DNA from: Chloroflexota bacterium
GTDB taxonomy: Bacteria > Chloroflexota > Anaerolineae > Anaerolineales > UBA11657
Length of the DNA: 48,559 bases
Assembly: GCA_003670425.1 (NCBI GenBank)
Contig: QWRL01000001.1
Location: 1-48,559 of the forward strand
Reading direction: 5' to 3'
Positions 42,511 through 48,559 of the stretch are shown piece by piece (position 1 is the stretch's first letter; every line of letters begins with the position of its first letter). Under the pieces are notes generated by a model, which was not told the origin of the DNA, did not search any database, and worked only from the letters and a program-made list of their open reading frames with translations. A program made the position numbers and the translations under genes.

Positions 42511-43662
42511 CTATGCGCGCTTGCGGGGTTTTGTTTTGGCGCGCGCTGCCGGCTTGCGCGCCGCGGCGGTGCCGCGCTTCTTTTTTGGCGCGCCGGCTTT
42601 TGGCTTTTGCGCCGCCATCTGCGCCAGCAGTTTTACATCTTGCGCGCGGTTGCGCGGGCAGATCAGCAGCGCCGTGGGCGTATCCACCACCACCATGTCT
42701 TGCAGGCCCAGCGTGGCCACCATGCGGTGCCCGCTGTAGATGAGGCTGTTGCGCGTGTCTTGCGAGGCGTGCTGCCCGGACACCGCGTTGCCGTGCGCAT
42801 CGTGCGGCAGCAGGTTGTACACCACATCCCAGCTGCCCACATCGCTCCAGCCAATCTCCACCGGCAGCAGCGCCACGCGCGCTGCTTTTTCCATCACACC
42901 GTAGTCAATTGTTTCCACCGGCAGCTGCGGCCAGACCTTTGCCATTGTGCGCGCTGCGTGCGCCTGGCCAAGCGCAGCGCCAATCTGCTCCAGCCCTGCG
43001 GAGAGCTTTGGCATGTGCAGCGCCATCTCTTCCAGCACGCGCTGGGCGCGCCAGATGAACATGCCGCTGTTCCAGCTGTACTCGCCGCTGGCCAGATACG
43101 CAGCCGCGCTTTGCGCCGCGGGCTTCTCTACAAAGCGCGCCACGCGGTATGCGCGCTGCGCGCCATGCGCGGGCAGCGCCGGCCCGCGCTGGATGTAGCC
43201 GTAGCCGGTTTCTGCGCGGCTCGGCGTGATGCCCAGCGTCACCAGCCAGCCGTCTGCAGCCAGCAGTGCAGCGCTCTTCAACGCAGTTTGGAACTCGCGC
43301 TTCTTTGAGATTAGATGGTCGGCGGTGAGGACTGCCATAATCCCCAGCGGGTCGCGGCGCCGGATGTGCAGCGCTGCCAGCCCGATGGCGGCTGCCGTGC
43401 CGCGGGCGCTTGGCTCTGCCAGAATATTTCCGGCGGGCACGCTGCCCAGCTGCTGGTGCGCCAGCACGCGGTGGTCGGTGTGCGTGGCCACAAAAGTGCG
43501 CGCCACCGGTATCAGCGGATGCAGGCGCTGGCGCGCCAGCTGCAGCAGCGAGCCATCACCGGTGAAATCCAAAAATTGTTTGGGCAGCTGCGGCTGGCTG
43601 CGCGGCCACAAGCGCGTGCCGCTGCCGCCGGCCAGAATTAGTGCGTAAAGGTTTGGTGCCAT
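42511..43662 (-). CDS. mannose-1-phosphate guanylyltransferase-type sugar nucleotidyltransferase with Lys/Ala/Pro-rich basic C-terminal tail
   Basis: 383 aa. YALILAGGSGTRLWPRS, FLDF, GIMAVLTADH, GYGYI, VARFVEKP, SGMFIW, DVGSWD. The last 33 aa or so are AQKPKAGAPKKKRGTAAARKPAARAKTKPRKRA. Confidence 0.85.
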   Translation of the reverse strand: MAPNLYALILAGGSGTRLWPRSQPQLPKQFLDFTGDGSLLQLARQRLHPLIPVARTFVATHTDHRVLAHQQLGSVPAGNILAEPSARGTAAAIGLAALHIRRRDPLGIMAVLTADHLISKKREFQTALKSAALLAADGWLVTLGITPSRAETGYGYIQRGPALPAHGAQRAYRVARFVEKPAAQSAAAYLASGEYSWNSGMFIWRAQRVLEEMALHMPKLSAGLEQIGAALGQAHAARTMAKVWPQLPVETIDYGVMEKAARVALLPVEIGWSDVGSWDVVYNLLPHDAHGNAVSGQHASQDTRNSLIYSGHRMVATLGLQDMVVVDTPTALLICPRNRAQDVKLLAQMAAQKPKAGAPKKKRGTAAARKPAARAKTKPRKRA

Positions 43663-43722
43663 GCGCGCTGGCAGCGTTTGTTGCGCCGCCAGAATTTATT
43701 ATAGCGGTGGTAAAGTTGCGCG

Positions 43723-44196
43723 ATGGAAGCCTGCATCTCCACCATCATCATCTTGCTGGTGTACCGGTGGCTTTCCAACCGCAGCCGCAACAGCCCAAGC
43801 GCGCGGCGCAGCCCGTATTACGCCTCCATCCGCAGCATGGTAGCCGAGTCCTGCAGTGCAATGGAGCGCTTCCAGGCGCTGCTAAACCTGGTGGGCGCGG
43901 ACTCCAGCATCCAAAACACAGCCGAGTGGCAGAAGCAAATGCATGCGCAGGCTGCGGAAATAACGCGCATGCCGCAGCGCGTGGCGCTGATGCACCCGCC
44001 GCCGGACTGTATGACGGCCCACAGCCATATGAGCGGCATGGCCATGCACTACGCGCGCTGGGCCAGCATGTATGCGGATGCATTTGACAGGGAAGACCAG
44101 GCGCTGGCAGACAGCGCCCCGGACGAGAAGTCCCTCGGCGACGCCGCAGCCGAACGCACCTCGGCAGAACTGCAGCGCCTCAACGACAGCAACTGA
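43723..44196 (+). CDS. hypothetical N-terminally anchored small protein
   Basis: 157 aa with strong GC3 bias. N-terminal hydrophobic segment ISTIIILLVYRWL, a Met/His-rich middle (HPPPDCMTAHSHMSGMAMHY) and an acidic C-terminus. No family recognised. Confidence 0.5.
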   Translation: MEACISTIIILLVYRWLSNRSRNSPSARRSPYYASIRSMVAESCSAMERFQALLNLVGADSSIQNTAEWQKQMHAQAAEITRMPQRVALMHPPPDCMTAHSHMSGMAMHYARWASMYADAFDREDQALADSAPDEKSLGDAAAERTSAELQRLNDSN

Positions 44197-44219
44197 CGGG
44201 ACGCCGATTAGCAGCCAAC

Positions 44220-44243
44220 GCGCGCGGCCGGGCTGCCGCGCGC
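44220..44243 (+). terminator. GC hairpin without U-tract (possible terminator or processing site)
   Basis: Perfect 9-bp stem GCGCGCGGC / GCCGCGCGC with a 6-nt loop, 24 nt after the stop at 44196. It is followed by AAATAATATTAGGAGC (the RBS of the next gene). Confidence 0.35.
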
Positions 44244-44268
44244 AAATAATATTAGGAGCAGCAACACC

Positions 44269-44733
44269 ATGATTTTTGACCAACTGAGCGAGTGGCCGCG
44301 CTATTTTTCGTCTGCGCCTTGGCGCCTGGCATTTGAGTATGTGCTGGCGCTGAAGCCGGATGCCGCGGACGGCCGCCACGCGCTGCAGGGCGACGACATT
44401 TACGCGATGGTGATGGCGCACGAGACCGGCCCCGCGCAGCAAAGCGTGCTGGAGGCGCACCGCACCTACATAGATATTCAGGCCACGCTGCACGGCACGG
44501 AACGCCTGGACTGGTTTGCACTGGCCGGCCTGCAGGTGCAGACGGCGTACGATGCCAAGTCGGATGCTGCATTCTTTGTGCATCCCGGCGTGGCGGGCGC
44601 GCAACTGCTGCTGCACCCCGGTTTATTTACGGTGCTGTACCCCGCGGACGCGCACATGCCCAAGCTGGCAGACGGCGCACCGGCCGCAATTAAAAAAGTG
44701 GTGGTGAAGGTGCGCGCGGCGCTGGTGCAGTAA
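44269..44733 (+). CDS. YhcH/YjgK/YiaL (DUF386, EbgC-like) family protein
   Basis: 154 aa. MIFDQL..W..Y......AFEYV........G.H.L.GDDIYA.V....T........EAHR.YIDIQ....G.E......HP..F.VL.P.D.H.P. AGGAG RBS. Confidence 0.7.
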   Translation: MIFDQLSEWPRYFSSAPWRLAFEYVLALKPDAADGRHALQGDDIYAMVMAHETGPAQQSVLEAHRTYIDIQATLHGTERLDWFALAGLQVQTAYDAKSDAAFFVHPGVAGAQLLLHPGLFTVLYPADAHMPKLADGAPAAIKKVVVKVRAALVQ

Positions 44734-44809
44734 GCCAGCCGCGTAGAACCCGGCGGCAGCGCACGCCGCACGCGATAAACTTGGGACGGCTAAAGCAGCC
44801 CGGTGATCT

Positions 44810-45301
44810 ATGCAATTAAATATTAATGGCGAAATTTTTGCGGTGGCCGACGGCGACGGGCTGCGCCCGCTGCTGTGGGTGCTGCGCGACGAGCTGGGCC
44901 TGACGGGCACCAAGTACGGCTGCGGTGCGGGTATCTGCGGCTCCTGCACGGTGCATCTGGATGGCGTGGCAGCGCGCAGCTGCCTGACGCCGCTGGCGCA
45001 GGCAGCCAAGGCTGCCATTCGCACCATTGAGGGCCTGGCGCAAATGCAGCCGGACGGCAGCGTGCGCCTGCATGCGGTGCAGCAGGCCTTTACTGAGGAG
45101 CAGGTGCCGCAGTGCAGCTGGTGCATGAGCGGCCAGATGATGACCTGCGCTGCCTTCCTGGAGCAGAACCCGGCAGCCAGCGAAGCGCAGTTGCTGGATG
45201 CCATGCAAAATAATTACTGCCGCTGCGGCTGTTACGCACGCATTCGCAAGGGTGTGCTGCGCGCTGCCCAGCTGGCAGCGCAGCCGGCAGGCACAACATG
45301 A
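44810..45301 (+). CDS. molybdenum hydroxylase small subunit, [2Fe-2S]-binding (IorA / aldehyde oxidoreductase gamma-like)
   Basis: 163 aa. GTKYGCGAGICGSCTVHLDG (plant-type FeS), QCSWCMSGQMM and CRCGCY (second FeS cluster). Confidence 0.9.
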   Translation: MQLNINGEIFAVADGDGLRPLLWVLRDELGLTGTKYGCGAGICGSCTVHLDGVAARSCLTPLAQAAKAAIRTIEGLAQMQPDGSVRLHAVQQAFTEEQVPQCSWCMSGQMMTCAAFLEQNPAASEAQLLDAMQNNYCRCGCYARIRKGVLRAAQLAAQPAGTT

Positions 45302-47460
45302 GTGCCACACCACCGCGCAAGTGGAAGTTCAGCCGCCGCAAGCTGCTGATTGGGCTGGGCGTAACCGGCGGTGCGCTGGCCGTGGGGCTGCCGCTATCCC
45401 TGCCCTTTGCACGCCTCAAAATTGCCGGCATGCTGGATTCTGCAAGCGCGCCGGCGGGCACCATGCCCAAGGATCCCTTTGTATGGTTTGAAGTTACGCC
45501 GCAGAACCGCGTGCGCCTGTACCTGCCCAAAGCGGAAATGGGGCAGGGCGTGCACACCGCGCTGGCACAAATTGCGGCAGAGGAGCTGCGCCCGGCATGG
45601 GAGCAGCTGGAAGTGCTGAATGCCAGCACAGCGCGCGGCTTTGATATGGGCACGATGTCCGTGGGAGGCAGCGTTGTGGTAAGTTCGCTTTACAACCCGC
45701 TGCGCGCGGCCGGCGCAGCGCTGCGCCTGATGCTGCAAGAGGAGGGCGCCCGCCAGCTGGGTGTGGCTCCAGAGAAGCTGACGGTGGCCGGCGGCGTGGT
45801 GGCCGCAACAGCAGATCCTTCCCAGGCGCTAACCTTTGGGCAGATTGTGAGCGCCAAGCAAGGCGCGTGGGTGGCCTCCAAGCAGGAGCCGCAGCTGCGG
45901 GAGCCGGCGCAGTTTGAATTCATCGGCAAGCCCATGCCGCGCGTGGACTTCGCTGCCAAGATCACCGGTGCTGCGCAGTATGGCTTTGACATGCGCCTGC
46001 CCAACATGGCTTACGGCGCGGTGGCGCGCGCGCCGCGCATGGGCGCCAAACTGCTGAGCGCTGCGCCCGGCACTGCGCGCAGCCAGCCGGGTGTGGTGGC
46101 GGTGGTGGCAACCACGGAGTTTGCCGGTGTGGCTGCAGAAACGCGCGCGCAGGCGATTGCAGCACTGGACGCGCTGCAGCTGGAATGGTCCGAAGGCGAT
46201 GTGGTGGAACAGGCGGACATGGAAGCATTGGTTACTGTGCAGCCCGGCGCGGGCACGGTGCTGCAAAGCGCGGGCAGCGTGGCTGCGCCGCTGGCCGCTG
46301 CAAACGCGCTGCGCGCAGAGTACCGCACGCCGTTTGCGGCGCACGCGCAGTTGGAGCCGCAGGCTGCGCTGGCGCATGTGCTCCCGGACAAAGTGCTGGT
46401 GTGGTGCTCCACGCAGTCGCCGGGTTCGCTGCGCGCAGATGTGGCCAAGGCAGTGGGGCGCAAGGCTGCGGAGGTGGAGGTTACCGCCACATATTTGGGC
46501 GGCAGCTTTGGCCGCAAGCTGAATGTGGATGTGGCGCTGGATGCCGCGCGCCTTTCCGCGGCGGCGCTGCGCCCGGTGGCTGTGAGCTATACGCGCGCCG
46601 AGGAGTTTCAGCACGGCTTCTTCCGGCCGCCCACGCAGCATGTGCTGCAGGGCGCGCTGGATGGCGCCGGCCGGATTGTGGCCATGAGCCATGCGCAGGC
46701 CAGCGGCAATGTGTTTCCCGCGCTGGTGGGCCGGCTGCTGGGCGCGGACTTTGGCGCGTACCGCGGCGGCCTGCTGCGCTACAACATCCCCAACCGGCAG
46801 GTTACCAGCCAGCCGGTTGCGCTGCCAGTGCCCACGGGCTTCTGGCGCGGGCTGGGGCTGCTGGCGAATGTGTTTGCGGTGGAAAGTTTTATGGATGAGC
46901 TGGCGCTGTCCGCCGGCGTTGACGCGCTGCAGTTCCGGCTGCAGCATCTACCGCAAGATAAGCTGGGCGAACGCTTTAAGGCGGTGCTGCTGGCGGCAGC
47001 CGAACGGGCCGGCTGGGGCACGGCGCTGCCGGCCGGGCGCGCGCGCGGGCTGGCTTGCAGTTGGGATGCCGGCACCGTGGTGGCGCAGGTGGCGGAGGTT
47101 TCCGTGCAGGGTGCGCGCGTGCAGGTGCAGCGCTTTACCAGCGCGGTGGATTGCGGTGTGCTGGTGAACCCGGACATAGCAGCTGCGCAAACCGAGGGTG
47201 CCATCATGATGGGCCTTAGCTCCACGCTGCTGGAGGAGATTACATTCAGCGGCGGCCAGGCGCAGGCAACCAACTTTGACCGCTATCCGCTGCTGCGGCT
47301 GGCGGATGCGCCGCTGGTGGAGACGGTGTTTTTGCAGGGCGATGATGTGCCGCACGGCATGGGCGAGCCGCCGCTGGGCCCGGTGGCGGCAGCAGTTGCC
47401 AATGCGGTGTTTGCCCTCACAGGGCAGCGCTTGCGCCGCCTGCCGCTGAAGCTGGCATAG
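45298..47460 (+). CDS. molybdopterin-binding oxidoreductase large subunit (IorB / membrane-bound aldehyde dehydrogenase-like) with Tat-type signal
   Basis: 720 aa. N-terminal FSRRKLLIGLGVTGGALAV, then aldehyde oxidase/xanthine dehydrogenase a/b-hammerhead and MoCo-binding blocks (GGSFGRK, EGAIMMGLS, MGEPPLGPVAAAVANAV). ATGA overlap with the small subunit. Confidence 0.88.
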   Translation: MSATPPRKWKFSRRKLLIGLGVTGGALAVGLPLSLPFARLKIAGMLDSASAPAGTMPKDPFVWFEVTPQNRVRLYLPKAEMGQGVHTALAQIAAEELRPAWEQLEVLNASTARGFDMGTMSVGGSVVVSSLYNPLRAAGAALRLMLQEEGARQLGVAPEKLTVAGGVVAATADPSQALTFGQIVSAKQGAWVASKQEPQLREPAQFEFIGKPMPRVDFAAKITGAAQYGFDMRLPNMAYGAVARAPRMGAKLLSAAPGTARSQPGVVAVVATTEFAGVAAETRAQAIAALDALQLEWSEGDVVEQADMEALVTVQPGAGTVLQSAGSVAAPLAAANALRAEYRTPFAAHAQLEPQAALAHVLPDKVLVWCSTQSPGSLRADVAKAVGRKAAEVEVTATYLGGSFGRKLNVDVALDAARLSAAALRPVAVSYTRAEEFQHGFFRPPTQHVLQGALDGAGRIVAMSHAQASGNVFPALVGRLLGADFGAYRGGLLRYNIPNRQVTSQPVALPVPTGFWRGLGLLANVFAVESFMDELALSAGVDALQFRLQHLPQDKLGERFKAVLLAAAERAGWGTALPAGRARGLACSWDAGTVVAQVAEVSVQGARVQVQRFTSAVDCGVLVNPDIAAAQTEGAIMMGLSSTLLEEITFSGGQAQATNFDRYPLLRLADAPLVETVFLQGDDVPHGMGEPPLGPVAAAVANAVFALTGQRLRRLPLKLA

Positions 47461-47524
47461 TTGTGCGCGGCGCAGCCCGTACCATCAAATTATTTCCGAA
47501 GCAACCTTAATGCGGAGCAACCAC

Positions 47525-47914
47525 ATGTCCAACCAGCCAGCTTTCCAAAACTTAAACGGGCACCAGTACATGGCGCTGACCACCTACCGGCGCAGCGGTG
47601 CCGGCGTGCCGACGGCAGTGTGGTTTGCGCAGGAGGGCGACCGGCTCTTCATTGTGACAGCAGACGGGTCCGGCAAGGTGAAGCGCATTCGCAACAATGC
47701 GGGTGTGCATGTGGCGCCCTCTGATGCGCGCGGGCGCGTGCTGGGCGCGGAAGCTGCCGGCGCGGCGCGCGTGCTGCCGCCGGCCGAGGCAACGCATGCG
47801 GATGCGTGCCTTACCCGCAAGTATGGCTTTCAAAAGCGCGTGTTTGATTTAATGGGCAGGTTGTCCCGCAGCAAGCGCGTGGTATTGGAAGTGGCGCCCG
47901 CTAGTTCGCAGTAA
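47525..47914 (+). CDS. PPOX-class (pyridoxamine 5'-phosphate oxidase fold) probable F420/FMN-binding protein
   Basis: 129 aa from ATG 47525 (GGAG 8 nt upstream). Y.ALTTYRRSG..V.T.VWF...GD.L.I.T...S.KVKRIRNN..V.V.P....G. Typical of the small split-barrel family. Confidence 0.7.
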   Translation: MSNQPAFQNLNGHQYMALTTYRRSGAGVPTAVWFAQEGDRLFIVTADGSGKVKRIRNNAGVHVAPSDARGRVLGAEAAGAARVLPPAEATHADACLTRKYGFQKRVFDLMGRLSRSKRVVLEVAPASSQ

Positions 47915-47916
47915 AC

Positions 47917-47940
47917 CACAGCCGGCCGGCACCGGCTGTG
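47917..47940 (+). terminator. perfect hairpin directly after the PPOX stop (no U-tract)
   Basis: CACAGCCGG (47917-47925) / CCGGCTGTG (47932-47940) with a 6-nt loop, followed by CTCCCGCACAAAA. Confidence 0.4.
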
Positions 47941-48191
47941 CTCCCGCACAAAACGCCCAGCGCGCCCGCGCTGCGCCGCATGCCGGCGCCCTGTGATAAT
48001 GGGGCGGGGCCACAAGCACATGCCGTTCGAAGCCAGCTGGATGCAGGCCTGTGTTGCATCATTAACGGTGCGCCGCTGCGGTCTGTGGTTTGGCAGGCGG
48101 CCGCAGGCGCAGCAGTTGTGGCACCGGTCGCGGGCCGGCCGCGGCATGCTGTGCAGCCGGGCTTTTCAAATCAGTTAAATTAAAGGCAAGC

Positions 48192-48559
48192 ATGAACTCA
48201 AAAGCCAGCACCCGCGCGCAAGCTGATTTCTCAATTCACCCCGCCACATTGATGGGGCTGGTTTCTCTAACAGTTGCAAGCCTCGACAACCAAATTGAAT
48301 TTTATAAATCAGCGCTGGGGTTCAAGCTCCACCGGCGCGCCGGGCAGCAAGCCAGTCTTGGCGCGGGCGGTGCAGACTTGCTGCAGCTCACCGCGGCGCC
48401 AAATCTAAAGCGCTATCGCGGCACAACCGGGCTGTATCACTTTGCAGTTTTATTCCCAAACCGGCGCGAGTTGGCGCGCGCCCTGGCACGCTTGCACGCG
48501 CTGCAATACCGCAATCATCCAACCGATCATATTATGACGAAGACCACCTATCTGGATGA
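48192..48559 (+). CDS. VOC (glyoxalase/bleomycin resistance/extradiol dioxygenase) family protein, N-terminal fragment
   Basis: Not in the track (no stop before the window end). ATG 48192: MNSKASTRAQADFSIHPATLMGLVSLTVASLDNQIEFYKSALGFKLHRR...GLYHFAVLFPNRRELARALARL. The beta-alpha-beta-beta-beta module is typical of VOC. Confidence 0.65.
   Translation, partial: MNSKASTRAQADFSIHPATLMGLVSLTVASLDNQIEFYKSALGFKLHRRAGQQASLGAGGADLLQLTAAPNLKRYRGTTGLYHFAVLFPNRRELARALARLHALQYRNHPTDHIMTKTTYLD

Noticed and set aside
45829-46947. 372-aa antisense ORF inside the molybdenum hydroxylase large subunit
   Set aside because: Shadow ORF, Arg/His/Gln-rich, with no motifs.
47938-48183. 81-aa + strand ORF (and 61-aa and 105-aa alternatives) in the 277-nt gap
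   Set aside because: Only moderate third-position bias, no RBS, no recognisable motif. The 105-aa minus ORF would overlap the PPOX 3' end. Kept as a question under findings rather than called as a gene.
1-48559. CRISPR arrays, long direct or inverted repeats, IS elements, prophage genes
   Set aside because: Reading through all intergenic gaps (the largest are 277, 256, about 190 and 178 nt) showed no repeat-spacer periodicity, no transposase, integrase or recombinase motifs, and no terminal inverted repeats. The only repetitive DNA is Pro/Thr/Ala-linker coding sequence.

Overview
This is a 48.6 kb high-GC (roughly two-thirds G+C by eye) bacterial chromosomal segment, densely packed with co-directional genes. 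Many gene pairs overlap start and stop codons (ATGA or TAATG): 3089, 10200, 15927, 19984, 35125, 39866, 45298. I support about 46 CDS and 4 tRNAs (Pro-TGG, Gly-TCC, Met-CAT, Asp-GTC). I found no rRNA, CRISPR array, integrase, transposase or phage genes.

Content is mainly housekeeping:
- glgB, folC and a long PFK
- dnaX-ybaB-recR and rpsF-ssb-rpsR
- a parvulin PPIase
- a long minus-strand block asp23-yloV-recG-coaD-X-rpmF-fabD-smc, divergent from rpmB (Firmicute-like gene order)
- purA/purB/guaC
- a tesA | ybbA-ybbP-like triad
- an M24 peptidase, a mannose-1-P guanylyltransferase, a two-subunit molybdenum hydroxylase, and PPOX and VOC family genes

The gene order, Pro/Thr-rich linkers and many membrane-anchored TPR/LysM proteins suggest a monoderm-like high-GC lineage such as Chloroflexota. 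That placement is inference only.

I could not recognise a clear-cut multi-gene novel system. The most unusual items are:
1. a 754-aa internally duplicated, eukaryote-type 6-phosphofructokinase, start/stop-coupled to a membrane TPR gene
2. a compositionally atypical (about 45% GC) DUF4405-like 4-TM protein with two His pairs at i/i+14 spacing (di-heme cytochrome b-like), ATGA-coupled to a small high-GC membrane protein
3. a catalytically dead M1-peptidase-like LysM lipoprotein coupled to glgB
4. several odd domain fusions: LysM-LTD, FecR-PT linker-beta-sandwich, and a nucleotidyltransferase with a histone-H1-like tail
5. regulatory oddities: near-leaderless tRNA promoters, the rpmF terminator abutting the fabD ATG, and a candidate rpsF leader

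Many long alternative-frame ORFs in the track are GC-driven shadows and were rejected. All family assignments come from motif recognition by eye. No searches were run.
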